DNA of 64,000 nucleotides from Escherichia coli (GCF_965641715.1 NZ_OZ282453.1); one strand, 5' to 3'. Numbered from the stretch's first letter, positions 18,445 through 33,799 are shown. Notes: generated by a model from the letters alone, not told the origin. Numbers and translations are program-made.

Positions 18445-20414
18445 CACAACTCGCCATTGGCAAGCCCGCTCCCCTCGGCGCGCATTACGACGGTCAGGGC
18501 GTCAACTTCACACTTTTCTCCGCTCATGCCGAGCGGGTAGAGCTGTGTGTCTTTGACGCCAATGGCCAGGAACATCGCTATGACTTGCCAGGGCACAGTG
18601 GCGACATTTGGCACGGTTATCTGCCGGATGCGCGCCCGGGTTTGCGTTATGGTTATCGCGTTCATGGCCCCTGGCAACCCGCCGAGGGGCATCGCTTTAA
18701 CCCGGCGAAGTTGTTGATTGATCCTTGCGCGCGGCAAATTGACGGGGAGTTTAAAGATAACCCGCTGCTGCACGCCGGTCATAATGAACCTGACTATCGC
18801 GACAACGCCGCCATTGCGCCGAAATGCGTAGTGGTGGTTGATCACTATGACTGGGAAGATGATGCCCCGCCGTGCACGCCGTGGAGCAGCACCATCATTT
18901 ATGAAGCCCATGTCAAAGGATTAACATACCTGCACCCGGAGATCCCGGTCGAGATCCGTGGCACTTATAAAGCCCTCGGGCATCCGGTGATGATCAACTA
19001 TTTGAAACAGTTGGGCATTACCGCGCTGGAACTGCTGCCGGTGGCGCAGTTTGCCAGTGAACCACGTCTGCAACGCATGGGGCTAAGTAACTACTGGGGG
19101 TACAACCCGGTGGCGATGTTTGCGCTGCATCCGGCGTATGCCTGCTCGCCAGAAACGGCGCTGCATGAGTTTCGCGATGCAATCAAAGCACTGCATAAAG
19201 CGGGTATCGAAGTCATTCTTGATATCGTGCTCAACCATAGTGCGGAACTGGACCTCGACGGCCCGTTATTCTCGCTGCGTGGGATCGACAACCGTAGCTA
19301 TTATTGGATAAGAGAAGACGGCGATTATCACAACTGGACCGGTTGTGGCAACACGCTCAATTTGAGTCACCCGGCGGTGGTGGATTATGCCAGCGCCTGC
19401 CTGCGTTATTGGGTAGAAACCTGCCACGTCGATGGTTTCCGCTTTGATCTGGCGGCAGTCATGGGTCGTACGCCAGAGTTCCGTCAGGATGCGCCGTTGT
19501 TTACCGCTATCCAGAACTGCCCGGTGCTCTCGCAGGTGAAGTTAATTGCTGAACCGTGGGATATCGCTCCTGGTGGTTATCAGGTGGGAAATTTCCCGCC
19601 GCTGTTTGCCGAGTGGAACGATCATTTCCGCGATGCTGCCCGTCGTTTCTGGCTACATTATGATTTGCCTCTGGGGGCGTTTGCCGGGCGTTTTGCTGCC
19701 TCCAGCGATGTTTTTAAACGTAATGGTCGTCTGCCGAGTGCCGCGATTAATCTCGTCACCGCACATGACGGTTTTACGCTTCGCGACTGCGTTTGCTTCA
19801 ACCATAAACACAATGAAGCAAACGGAGAAGAAAATCGCGACGGGACCAACAACAATTACAGTAACAATCATGGTAAAGAAGGGTTAGGCGGTACTCTTGA
19901 TCTGGTTGAACGGCGGCGCGACAGCATTCATGCCCTGTTAACAACGTTGTTGCTCTCCCAGGGCACGCCGATGTTACTGGCCGGTGACGAACATGGTCAC
20001 AGCCAGCATGGCAATAACAATGCCTACTGTCAGGATAACCAATTAACCTGGTTGGACTGGTCGCAGGCAAGCAGTGGTTTAACCGCATTTACCGCCGCGT
20101 TAATCCATCTGCGCAAGCGTATTCCCGCTTTGGTGGAGAATCGCTGGTGGGAAGAAGGCGACGGCAATGTCCGTTGGCTAAATCGATATGCTCAACCTTT
20201 AAGCACGGATGAGTGGCAAAACGGGCCGAAACAGCTGCAAATTCTGCTCTCGGATCGCTTTTTGATCGCAATTAACGCCACGCTTGAGGTAACAGAGATT
20301 GTTTTACCTGCTGGGGAGTGGCACGCCATTCCCCCATTCGCTGGAGAGGATAACCCAGTGATTACGGCTGTCTGGCAGGGACCTGCACACGGATTGTGTG
20401 TGTTCCAGAGATGA
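18441..20414 (+). CDS. glgX: glycogen debranching enzyme
   Basis: 657-aa ORF; start overlaps the glgB stop (ATGA); GH13. Confidence 0.95.
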
Positions 20415-20431
20415 TAAAAAAGGAGTTAGTC

Positions 20432-21727
20432 ATGGTTAGTTTAGAGAAGAACGATCACTTAATGTTGGCGCGCCAGCTGCCATTGAAATCTGTTGCCCTG
20501 ATACTGGCGGGAGGACGTGGTACCCGCCTGAAGGATTTAACCAATAAGCGAGCAAAACCGGCCGTACACTTCGGTGGTAAGTTCCGCATTATCGACTTTG
20601 CGCTGTCTAACTGCATCAACTCCGGGATCCGTCGTATGGGCGTGATCACCCAGTACCAGTCCCACACTCTGGTGCAGCACATTCAGCGCGGCTGGTCATT
20701 CTTTAATGAAGAAATGAACGAGTTTGTCGATCTGCTGCCAGCGCAGCAGAGAATGAAAGGGGAAAACTGGTATCGCGGCACCGCAGATGCGGTCACCCAA
20801 AACCTCGACATTATCCGCCGTTATAAAGCGGAATACGTGGTGATCCTGGCGGGCGACCATATCTACAAGCAAGACTACTCGCGTATGCTTATCGATCACG
20901 TCGAAAAAGGCGCACGTTGCACCGTTGCTTGTATGCCAGTACCGATTGAAGAAGCCTCCGCATTTGGCGTTATGGCGGTTGATGAGAACGATAAAATTAT
21001 CGAATTCGTTGAAAAACCTGCTAACCCGCCGTCAATGCCGAACGATCCGAGCAAATCTCTGGCGAGTATGGGTATCTACGTCTTTGACGCCGACTATCTG
21101 TATGAACTGCTGGAAGAAGACGATCGCGATGAGAACTCCAGCCACGACTTTGGCAAAGATTTGATTCCCAAGATCACCGAAGCCGGTCTGGCCTATGCGC
21201 ACCCGTTCCCGCTCTCTTGCGTACAATCCGACCCGGATGCCGAGCCGTACTGGCGCGATGTGGGTACGCTGGAAGCTTACTGGAAAGCGAACCTCGATCT
21301 GGCCTCTGTGGTGCCGGAGCTGGATATGTACGATCGCAATTGGCCAATTCGCACCTACAATGAATCATTACCGCCAGCGAAATTCGTGCAGGATCGCTCC
21401 GGTAGCCACGGGATGACCCTTAACTCACTGGTTTCCGGCGGTTGTGTGATCTCCGGTTCGGTGGTGGTGCAGTCCGTTCTGTTCTCGCGCGTTCGCGTGA
21501 ATTCATTCTGCAACATTGATTCCGCCGTATTGTTACCGGAAGTATGGGTAGGTCGCTCGTGCCGTCTGCGCCGCTGCGTCATTGATCGTGCTTGTGTTAT
21601 TCCGGAAGGCATGGTGATTGGTGAAAACGCAGAGGAAGATGCACGTCGTTTCTATCGTTCAGAAGAAGGCATCGTGCTGGTAACGCGCGAAATGCTACGG
21701 AAGTTAGGGCATAAACAGGAGCGATAA
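20432..21727 (+). CDS. glgC: glucose-1-phosphate adenylyltransferase
   Basis: Frame of ORF 20396..21727; start [20 protein letters not shown] at 20432 after AGGAG; 431 aa. Confidence 0.95.
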
Positions 21728-23160
21728 TGCAGGTTTTACATGTATGTTCAGAGATGTTCCCGCTGCTTAAAACCGGCGGTCTGGCTGATGTTATTGGGGC
21801 ATTACCCGCAGCACAAATCGCAGACGGCGTTGACGCTCGCGTACTGTTGCCTGCATTTCCCGATATTCGCCGTGGCGTGACCGATGCGCAGGTAGTATCC
21901 CGTCGTGATACCTTCGCCGGGCATATCACGCTGTTGTTCGGTCATTACAACGGGGTTGGCATATACCTGATTGACGCGCCGCATCTCTATGATCGTCCGG
22001 GAAGCCCGTATCACGATACCAACTTATTTGCCTATACCGACAACGTATTGCGTTTTGCGCTGCTGGGGTGGGTTGGGGCAGAAATGGCCAGCGGGCTTGA
22101 CCCATTCTGGCGTCCTGATGTGGTGCATGCGCACGACTGGCATGCAGGCCTTGCGCCTGCGTATCTGGCGGCGCGCGGGCGTCCGGCGAAGTCGGTGTTT
22201 ACTGTGCACAACCTGGCCTATCAAGGCATGTTTTATGCACATCACATGAATGACATCCAATTGCCATGGTCATTCTTTAATATTCATGGGCTGGAATTCA
22301 ACGGACAAATCTCTTTCCTGAAGGCCGGTCTGTACTATGCCGATCACATTACGGCGGTCAGTCCAACCTACGCTCGCGAGATCACCGAACCGCAGTTTGC
22401 CTACGGTATGGAAGGTCTGTTGCAACAGCGTCACCGTGAAGGGCGTCTTTCCGGCGTACTGAACGGCGTGGACGAGAAAATCTGGAGTCCAGAGACGGAC
22501 TTACTGTTGGCCTCGCGTTACACCCGCGATACGTTGGAAGATAAAGCGGAAAATAAGCGCCAGTTACAAATCGCAATGGGGCTTAAGGTTGACGATAAAG
22601 TGCCGCTTTTTGCAGTGGTGAGCCGTCTGACCAGCCAGAAAGGTCTCGACCTGGTGCTGGAAGCCTTACCGGGCCTTCTGGAGCAGGGCGGGCAGCTGGC
22701 GCTACTCGGCGCGGGCGATCCGGTGCTGCAGGAAGGTTTCCTTGCGGCGGCAGCGGAATACCCCGGCCAGGTGGGCGTTCAGATTGGCTATCACGAAGCA
22801 TTTTCGCATCGCATTATGGGCGGCGCGGACGTCATTCTGGTGCCCAGCCGTTTTGAACCGTGCGGCTTAACGCAACTTTATGGATTGAAGTACGGTACGC
22901 TGCCGTTAGTGCGGCGCACCGGTGGGCTTGCTGATACGGTTTCTGACTGTTCTCTTGAGAACCTTGCAGATGGCGTCGCCAGTGGGTTTGTCTTTGAAGA
23001 TAGTAATGCCTGGTCGCTGTTACGAGCTATTCGACGTGCTTTTGTACTGTGGTCCCGTCCTTCTCTGTGGCGGTTTGTGCAACGTCAGGCTATGGCAATG
23101 GATTTTAGCTGGCAGGTCGCGGCGAAGTCGTACCGTGAGCTTTACTATCGCTTGAAATAG
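21727..23160 (+). CDS. glgA: glycogen synthase
   Basis: 477-aa ORF ([22 protein letters not shown]...), start overlaps the glgC stop. Confidence 0.95.
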
Positions 23161-25626
<2,466 letters not shown>

Positions 25627-25642
25627 GTTCGCTAAAAAACAG

Positions 25643-25670
25643 AACGGGGCCACAAGGTCCCGTTTTTTTT
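25643..25670 (+). terminator. Rho-independent terminator of the glg operon
   Basis: Stem AACGGGGCC (25643..25651) / GGTCCCGTT (25656..25664) then a T8 run. Confidence 0.8.
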
Positions 25671-25742
25671 CGCCTTTATTTCGGAAAAGTGTCCAGAGGG
25701 GGCGAGGGTTCTCGGGGAGTATAATTCCGTCATTCAGGAAGA

Positions 25743-27260
25743 ATGGACAGAATGATGCCAAATAGAAAATGGATTTTGACCTCGCTGATAATGACTTTTT
25801 TCGGCATCCCCATACTGGCGCAATTTTTGGCAGCGGTTGTTGCCATGCTGGGTGTCGGGCTTACCGGTATTATTGAAGTTTGTAATATCCTTATCACGCC
25901 AACAATTTATCTTCTACTCAACGTCTTTATGCTGACGCTGGGGGCGATAATAATATTTTTCTCTGGTCGCGTGTGGGCCGGTGATAGCGCGCCAGAAAAC
26001 AGAGAAATAGCCGTCTGGCGGCAATGCTTTTTTCTCTTACCCGCGCTATTAACCTTGGTTGGCTGGATAATCACGCTACATCTGGCAGATTATCAATTTC
26101 GCCAGATGGGAGCTGGTTGGTTGGCAAACCTTATGCTTCCCTGGTTGGGCGTTTTTTTAGTCTCATTAGTGGGTGGTGAGTACTGGTGGATGGTCATTAT
26201 TCCCGTTGGGGCGCATATCAGTTTTTCGCTGGGATACGCCTGGCCGACCAGATATCCTTTATCCGGCACGTCCGGACTACGTTGCCGTAACTTACTCCTG
26301 TTTCTACTTATCTTACTTGGTATTGTCGCCGGGTATCAGGCCCATTTATATAAGCAGCAAAATCCTGGTGTCGGTGTACGCGAAAATATTGATATCTGGG
26401 CCTGGCGACCCGATAAACTCAATAATCGACTGACGCCGCTGCGTGGCAAACCGCAAATTCAGTTTAGGCAAAACTGGCCGCGAATCGATGGCGCCACGGC
26501 TGCGTACCCAATTTATGCTTCTGCATTTTATGCATTAAGTGTAATACCAGAGGATTTTCACGTTTGGGATTATCTGGAAAACTCTCGTACGCCAGAAGCA
26601 TATAACAAAATCGTTAAGGGCGATGCTGATATTATTTTCGTGGCGCAACCTTCCGGTGGGCAAAAAAAACGTGCAAAGGAATCTGGTGTCACTTTGGTGT
26701 ACACCCCCTTTGCCCGTGAAGCATTCGTTTTCATCGTCAATGCGGATAATCCGGTTAATTCCCTGACTGAACAACAGGTGCGTGACATTTTCAGTGGTGC
26801 AATTACCAATTGGCGTACTGTTGGCGGTAACGATCAGGAGATCCAGACCTGGCAGCGCCCGGAAGACTCTGGCAGCCAGACAGTGATGCAATCACAGGTC
26901 ATGAAAAATGTCCGCATGATCTCGCCGCAGGAAACGGAAGTGGCAAGCGTGATGGAGGGAATGATTAAAGTCGTTGCCGAATACCGTAATACAAACAACG
27001 CAATAGGCTATACCTTCCGCTATTACGCGACGCAAATGAATGCCGATAAAAATATAAAACTGCTAGCGATTAACGGTATTGCACCGACTGCGGAAAATAT
27101 TCGCAATGGCAAATATGCGTACATCGTCGATGCATTTATGGTGACGAGAGAAAATACAACGTCAGAAACACAAAAACTGGTCGAATGGTTTTTAACGCCG
27201 CAGGGGCAGAGTCTGGTAGAAGATGTGGGATATGTGCCGCTGTATCCAACAATGGAATAA
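25743..27260 (+). CDS. membrane-anchored PstS-like (PBP-like) substrate-binding protein: ~6-7 TM N-terminal domain plus C-terminal binding domain
   Basis: 505-aa ORF; N-terminal ~200 aa with several hydrophobic helices; C-terminal domain paralogous to the next gene (IIFVAQPSGGQKKRAKESGV...WQRPEDSGSQTVMQ); start codon uncertain (25743, 25752 or 25755). Confidence 0.75.
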   Translation: MDRMMPNRKWILTSLIMTFFGIPILAQFLAAVVAMLGVGLTGIIEVCNILITPTIYLLLNVFMLTLGAIIIFFSGRVWAGDSAPENREIAVWRQCFFLLPALLTLVGWIITLHLADYQFRQMGAGWLANLMLPWLGVFLVSLVGGEYWWMVIIPVGAHISFSLGYAWPTRYPLSGTSGLRCRNLLLFLLILLGIVAGYQAHLYKQQNPGVGVRENIDIWAWRPDKLNNRLTPLRGKPQIQFRQNWPRIDGATAAYPIYASAFYALSVIPEDFHVWDYLENSRTPEAYNKIVKGDADIIFVAQPSGGQKKRAKESGVTLVYTPFAREAFVFIVNADNPVNSLTEQQVRDIFSGAITNWRTVGGNDQEIQTWQRPEDSGSQTVMQSQVMKNVRMISPQETEVASVMEGMIKVVAEYRNTNNAIGYTFRYYATQMNADKNIKLLAINGIAPTAENIRNGKYAYIVDAFMVTRENTTSETQKLVEWFLTPQGQSLVEDVGYVPLYPTME

Positions 27261-27285
27261 CGCTCGAGAGAAAGGAATCAGCGAG

Positions 27286-28278
27286 ATGAATAAATTCACC
27301 GGTGTTTTACTATTAGGCACGGCGTTACTGGCGGGATGTGTCGACCGGGAAGGGTACTATAACAGCGTCAGGGAAGAAGAGAGCCATGGACTGACGTCTC
27401 TGCGGGGGCAACCTGCATTACGTTACAGCGATGATTGGTCAAGATGGCCGAGAGTGTACGGCGCTACAGCCTTATACCCGCTGTATGCCTCCGCGTATTA
27501 TAAATTAGTACCCGAGCCAAAAGATAAGGATCGAACCTCGCTGGCCTGGCAGGCGTATGGTTTGCAGCAAACCCGAACAGCTGAAGCCTACGATAGTCTG
27601 ATTAAAGGTTCCGCGACGGTTATTTTTGTTGCACAACCGTCGGAAGGACAGAAAAAACGTGCAGAAGAAGCGGGTGTTAAACTGAAATATACCGCTTTCG
27701 CCCGCGAAGCCTTTGTCTTTATCGTTGATATTAATAACCCGGTAAATTCTCTCTCTGAGCACCAGGTTAAAGATATTTTTAGCGGCAAAACTAGCCGCTG
27801 GAATAAAGTAGGTGGTAGTGACGAACATATAAAAGTCTGGCAGCGCCCTGAAGATTCTGGAAGCCAAACGATTATGAAGGGATTGGTTATGCAAGACACC
27901 CCAATGCTGCCAGCTAAAAAATCCACTGTGATTGATCTTATGGGCGGTTTAATTACTGAAGTTGCCGACTATCAAAACACGCCATCTTCCATTGGGTACA
28001 CCTTCCACTATTACGTCACTCGTATGAATGACAATATGCTCAAAATGCGCAAGCAGATTAAACTTTTGGCTATAAATGGCGTTGCGCCTACCGAGGAAAA
28101 TATCCGCAACGGCACTTATCCATACATTGTGGATGCCTATATGGTGACGCGTGAAAATCCCACGCCGGAAACGCAGAAATTTGTTGACTGGTTTATAAGT
28201 CAGCAGGGGCAACAGTTGGTAGAGGATGTGGGGTATGTGCCGCTGTATGAAGCATCCCCCGAATCATCAGGACAATAA
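27286..28278 (+). CDS. PstS-like (PBP-like) substrate-binding lipoprotein, paralogue of the upstream gene
   Basis: Frame of ORF 27223..28278; start MNKFTGVLLLGTALLAGC (lipobox LLAGC) at 27286 after AAAGGAA; 330 aa; shares VIFVAQPSEGQKKRAEEAGV...WQRPEDSGSQTIMKG with the upstream gene. Confidence 0.8.
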   Translation: MNKFTGVLLLGTALLAGCVDREGYYNSVREEESHGLTSLRGQPALRYSDDWSRWPRVYGATALYPLYASAYYKLVPEPKDKDRTSLAWQAYGLQQTRTAEAYDSLIKGSATVIFVAQPSEGQKKRAEEAGVKLKYTAFAREAFVFIVDINNPVNSLSEHQVKDIFSGKTSRWNKVGGSDEHIKVWQRPEDSGSQTIMKGLVMQDTPMLPAKKSTVIDLMGGLITEVADYQNTPSSIGYTFHYYVTRMNDNMLKMRKQIKLLAINGVAPTEENIRNGTYPYIVDAYMVTRENPTPETQKFVDWFISQQGQQLVEDVGYVPLYEASPESSGQ

Positions 28279-28412
28279 TGATGAATATAATCAGACTTTA
28301 TATTTATCCGTTATTTCTCGGCTTTGTTATTGTGCCGTTGTTGGTGTGGCCGATGGTGGTTGCGCTGGCTGCTTGTATTATCGTTGACAAAGTGCACTTT
28401 GTTCATGCCTGA
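28278..28412 (+). CDS. candidate 44-aa hydrophobic small protein, translationally coupled to the lipoprotein gene
   Basis: ATG at 28278 overlaps the TAA of the upstream gene (TAATG); MMNIIRLYIYPLFLGFVIVPLLVWPMVVALAACIIVDKVHFVHA; below the ORF-track size cut-off; no RBS beyond coupling. Confidence 0.3.
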   Translation: MMNIIRLYIYPLFLGFVIVPLLVWPMVVALAACIIVDKVHFVHA

Positions 28413-28440
28413 TGCGGCGTGAACGCCTTATCAGGCCTAC
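28407..28440. repeat. REP (repetitive extragenic palindromic) element
   Basis: GCCTGATGCGGCGTGAACGCCTTATCAGGCCTAC; a related copy lies at 53568..53593. Confidence 0.7.
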
Positions 28441-28547
28441 AAAATCATGCAAATTCAATATATTGCATAAACCACGCATCAGGCAATTTTGTGTTTGTCA
28501 TCAGTCTCAGGCCAGATTGAAATCTGACCTGATCACCTTACGTTAAT

Positions 28548-30053
28548 TTATGACGCCAGCGACAACTTCTGCTGCGTATATTCCACCAGCCACTGACTCA
28601 CACGAGATTGTTGATCCGCATTCAGCCACATGCCTTGTTTTGTGCGACGCCACAGGGCATCGTCGGCGCGGCGGACCCATTCGTGATCCACCAGGTATTT
28701 CAGTTCCGCTTCGTAGAACTCATGACCGAAATCCTCCCCGAGGTCGCTTATCGCCCCCGCATTGCCGAGCAGCAGCTCGCTGTTGCTGCCGTAAGTGCGT
28801 GCGTAATGACGCGCCAGCGATTCAGTCAGGAATGGATAGCGACGGCGCAGACGAGCGGCATAATCGTCGCGGTCGCCTTCAATGGCACCACCCGGTAGCA
28901 CGCTCTCTTTCGTCCACGCCGGGCCAATACCCTGATAATACGGCGTCAGTTTTTCCAGCGCATGTTCCGCCAGTTTGCGGTAGGTGGTCAGCTTACCGCC
29001 GAATACCGACAGCAGCGGTGCTTTGCCATTTTCATCATGAATATCAAGGGTGTAATCACGGGTAATAGCCTGCGGCGAGTCGGACTCATCATCACACAGC
29101 GGACGCACACCGGAGTAGGTCCAGACGATATCGTCACGGCTTAACTGCTTTTTAAAGTGCGTGTTATACACTTTCAGCAGGTAATTGATTTCACTCTCTT
29201 CAATCTTCACTGCTTTCGGATCACCTTTGTATTCCACATCGGTGGTGCCGATGATGGAAAACTCGTCCATCCACGGGATCACGAACACAATGCGTTTATC
29301 TTCGTTTTGCAGAATGTAGGCCTGCTTTTGGGTATGCACGCGCGGCACCACAATATGGCTGCCTTTGATCAGGCGAATGCCATAAGGCGAAGGCAGATGC
29401 ATCCCGTCGTCGAAGAACTGTTTCACCCACGGGCCGGTGGCGTTAACCAGGCCGCGCGCTTGCCAGCTATATTTTTTGCCGGTATCGATATCTTCCGCTT
29501 CCACAATCCACAGGCCGTTTTCGCGGCGAGCAGAGGTGGCGCGAGTCCGAGTAAGCACTTCGCCGCCTTTACGCACCACCATCTGGGCGTTGGCGAGTAC
29601 CAGACGGGCGTCGTCTACCCAACAGTCAGAATATTCGAATCCGCGCTTAATTTCCGGTTTTAACACTGAATTTGCGCCAAAACGCAAACCAGTTGATCCC
29701 GGCAGGCTGGTGCGTTTACCCAGATGATCGTACATAAACAGACCAATGCGAATCATCCACGCCGGGCGCAGATGCGGACGATGTGGCAGGCGAAAACGCA
29801 TCGGGAAGGCGATATGCGGGGCCATTTTCAGCAGCACTTCACGTTCAGCCAGCGCCTCGCTGACCAGGCGGAATTCATAGTGCTCAAGGTAGCGCAGGCC
29901 ACCGTGAATGAGTTTTGAACTGGCGGAAGAGGTCGCGCAAGCGAGATCCTGCGCCTCCAGCATCAGCACGGATAAACCGCGTCCAGCGGCGTCTGCCGCG
30001 ATACCAGCACCATTGATGCCGCCCCCTATCACAATCAGATCTTTGGTTTCCAT
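28548..30053 (-). CDS. glpD: aerobic glycerol-3-phosphate dehydrogenase (FAD)
   Basis: Frame of ORF 28548..30068; start METKDLIVIGGGINGAGIA (FAD-binding GxGxxG) at 30053; 501 aa. Confidence 0.95.
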   Translation of the reverse strand: METKDLIVIGGGINGAGIAADAAGRGLSVLMLEAQDLACATSSASSKLIHGGLRYLEHYEFRLVSEALAEREVLLKMAPHIAFPMRFRLPHRPHLRPAWMIRIGLFMYDHLGKRTSLPGSTGLRFGANSVLKPEIKRGFEYSDCWVDDARLVLANAQMVVRKGGEVLTRTRATSARRENGLWIVEAEDIDTGKKYSWQARGLVNATGPWVKQFFDDGMHLPSPYGIRLIKGSHIVVPRVHTQKQAYILQNEDKRIVFVIPWMDEFSIIGTTDVEYKGDPKAVKIEESEINYLLKVYNTHFKKQLSRDDIVWTYSGVRPLCDDESDSPQAITRDYTLDIHDENGKAPLLSVFGGKLTTYRKLAEHALEKLTPYYQGIGPAWTKESVLPGGAIEGDRDDYAARLRRRYPFLTESLARHYARTYGSNSELLLGNAGAISDLGEDFGHEFYEAELKYLVDHEWVRRADDALWRRTKQGMWLNADQQSRVSQWLVEYTQQKLSLAS

Positions 30054-30164
30054 GCTGCCCTCATTCACTTTCGTTAAAGCTCATAAATGTTCGTTATCGA
30101 ACATATTAGCAAAGAATCGCGCTTTAGGTAACATTGAAAAAACATTTTAGAGTGATATGTATAA

Positions 30165-30569
<405 letters not shown>

Positions 30570-30601
30570 CGCTTTATACTGTCCCCTTTTGTGTGGAATA
30601 A

Positions 30602-31444
<843 letters not shown>

Positions 31445-31460
31445 TTCCAGGGATTTATAA

Positions 31461-32219
31461 ATGAAACAAACACAACGTCACAACGGTATTATCGAACTGG
31501 TTAAACAGCAGGGTTATGTCAGTACCGAAGAGCTGGTAGAGCATTTCTCCGTCAGCCCGCAGACTATTCGCCGCGACCTCAATGAGCTGGCGGAGCAAAA
31601 CCTGATCCTGCGCCATCATGGCGGTGCGGCGCTGCCTTCCAGTTCGGTTAACACGCCGTGGCACGATCGTAAAGCCACCCAGACCGAAGAAAAAGAGCGC
31701 ATCGCCCGCAAAGTGGCGGAGCAAATCCCCAATGGCTCGACGCTGTTTATCGATATCGGCACCACGCCGGAAGCGGTGGCGCACGCGCTGCTCAATCACA
31801 GCAATTTGCGCATTGTCACCAACAATCTTAACGTTGCTAACACGCTGATGGTAAAAGAGGATTTCCGTATTATTCTCGCCGGTGGCGAATTACGCAGCCG
31901 CGATGGCGGGATCATTGGCGAAGCGACGCTCGATTTTATCTCCCAGTTCCGCCTTGATTTCGGCATTCTGGGGATCAGCGGCATCGATAGCGACGGCTCG
32001 CTGCTGGAGTTCGATTACCACGAAGTTCGCACCAAGCGCGCCATTATTGATAACTCGCGCCACGTTATGCTGGTGGTCGATCACTCGAAATTTGGCCGTA
32101 ACGCGATGGTCAATATGGGTAGCATCAGCATGGTAGATGCCGTCTACACCGACGCCCCGCCGCCAGTAAGCGTGATGCAGGTGCTGACGGACCACCATAT
32201 TCAACTGGAGCTGTGCTGA
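31461..32219 (+). CDS. glpR: DeoR-family glycerol-3-phosphate regulon repressor
   Basis: 252-aa ORF with N-terminal HTH (IIELVKQQGYVSTEELVEHFSVSPQTIRRDL); 3' end overlaps the convergent rtcR 3' end by 19 bp. Confidence 0.95.
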   Translation: MKQTQRHNGIIELVKQQGYVSTEELVEHFSVSPQTIRRDLNELAEQNLILRHHGGAALPSSSVNTPWHDRKATQTEEKERIARKVAEQIPNGSTLFIDIGTTPEAVAHALLNHSNLRIVTNNLNVANTLMVKEDFRIILAGGELRSRDGGIIGEATLDFISQFRLDFGILGISGIDSDGSLLEFDYHEVRTKRAIIDNSRHVMLVVDHSKFGRNAMVNMGSISMVDAVYTDAPPPVSVMQVLTDHHIQLELC

Positions 32220-33799
32220 TCCTGCACGGCTTCCCACGTCAGACCAAAACGCGCCAGGTATTTGCGTAGCCGATCCGCGTCATTGACGCTGGCTTTGCCC
32301 TGGCGCGAAACGTCAAAAAGCTGGCGTCCGGCTGCGGAAAGCGACTTTGCCTGGCGGCAGATTGCGATAACGTGTTCCAGTTGCATACGGTCGAAGAGAT
32401 CGATGTTTTCTGCCTCTGCGCCCAGCAACGCCGTAAGCGCGGAGGGGCGGCTCTCCTGCCAGTTATAGCGCAGACGGTTTATCTCATCTTCAACCACGTC
32501 CAGAGTAATGCGTCCGCTAGAGGCAAAGGTTGCCATTCGCGTGACGCTGGCAGAAAGCTCGCGAAAGTTACCGCGCCATGTTGCCTGGGGAGATGTCGCA
32601 AAGGCCAGCCAGGCGCGCCGCGCTTCGGTGTTAAAACGCACGCTGTCGCCGGTGAGTGAAGCGTGGCGCTCCACTTCATAATCCAGGTTAGGTTCAATAT
32701 CTTCCTGACGCTGGCGCAGCCCCGGCAGGGTGAAGGTCCAGAGATTGATCCGCGCGTATAGATCTTCGCGGAATTTGCCATCGGCAACCAGCTGGCGTAA
32801 ATCGCGCACCGTTCCGGCGATGAGCTGAAAATCACTGCTCACCTGGCGATCGCTGCCAAACGGATAAAAGGTTTTTTCTTCAATGGCTTTAAGCAGCATT
32901 GCCTGTTCGTCTGCGCCCAGTTCGCCAATCTCATCAAGAAACAACATTCCGCCGTTGGCGCTGCGTAATAATCCTTCACGAGATTCCCGCGCCCCGGTAA
33001 ACGCGCCTTTCACATGACCAAACAGCGTCGACATGGCGGTATCGCCGCGCAGGGTTGCGCAGTTCACTTCCACAAACGCGCCGCTAAACTGATGCCGCGC
33101 CTGTTTTAATTCAAATATACGTCGCGCCAGAAATGACTTGCCCGCACCGGTTGGGCCGTTTAGCAGGATCGGTGCGCGGGATTTAATCGCCACTTTTTCG
33201 ATCTGTTCAATCATGCGGTTGAAGTGCGGGTTACGCGTGGCAATGCCGGACTTAAGAAAATCAAGCGTTTGCTGGCGTTCCTCGGCAAAGCGGCTGGCGA
33301 TGGCGTTATAACGGCTTAAATCGAGATCGATAATCGTCACTTCACCTGGGCCGCGCGGCTGTTCTTTTTTGCGCGGAGGTGAAGATTGTATCAACCGGGC
33401 GGGCAGGTAACGCGCTTCCGCCAGCAGAAACCAGCAAATCTGCGCGACGTGGGTGCCGGTGGTGATGTGAATTAAATAGTCTTCTTTTTCTGGCTGAAAC
33501 TCGTAACCACGGGCGAAATCATGCAGGCAGGCGTAAACCTCTTCGAAATCCCACGGGTTATGCAGTTCAATCTCAACGCTCACCACTTCTGTTTCTGGCG
33601 AAACGCTGGCGATATCGCGTTTAAGCGTTTCAAATAGCGAGCGCGAGCGGGCGTCGTGCAATAATTCCAGTCGATCGATGACCAACGATTCTTGCTGGCA
33701 TAAACAGAGCGTCGGACGCCATTTTGACCAGCGCTGACTACCGCGCCCGGCATAATCCAGCACCGTTCCGACAAAGCCAAAAGCCACTTTTTTACGCAT
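32201..33799 (-). CDS. rtcR: sigma54-dependent transcriptional activator of the rtcBA operon
   Basis: Frame of ORF 32201..33967; start [18 protein letters not shown] at 33799; AAA+ sigma54-interaction motifs ([14 protein letters not shown]); 532 aa. Confidence 0.9.
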   Translation of the reverse strand: MRKKVAFGFVGTVLDYAGRGSQRWSKWRPTLCLCQQESLVIDRLELLHDARSRSLFETLKRDIASVSPETEVVSVEIELHNPWDFEEVYACLHDFARGYEFQPEKEDYLIHITTGTHVAQICWFLLAEARYLPARLIQSSPPRKKEQPRGPGEVTIIDLDLSRYNAIASRFAEERQQTLDFLKSGIATRNPHFNRMIEQIEKVAIKSRAPILLNGPTGAGKSFLARRIFELKQARHQFSGAFVEVNCATLRGDTAMSTLFGHVKGAFTGARESREGLLRSANGGMLFLDEIGELGADEQAMLLKAIEEKTFYPFGSDRQVSSDFQLIAGTVRDLRQLVADGKFREDLYARINLWTFTLPGLRQRQEDIEPNLDYEVERHASLTGDSVRFNTEARRAWLAFATSPQATWRGNFRELSASVTRMATFASSGRITLDVVEDEINRLRYNWQESRPSALTALLGAEAENIDLFDRMQLEHVIAICRQAKSLSAAGRQLFDVSRQGKASVNDADRLRKYLARFGLTWEAVQDQHSSS

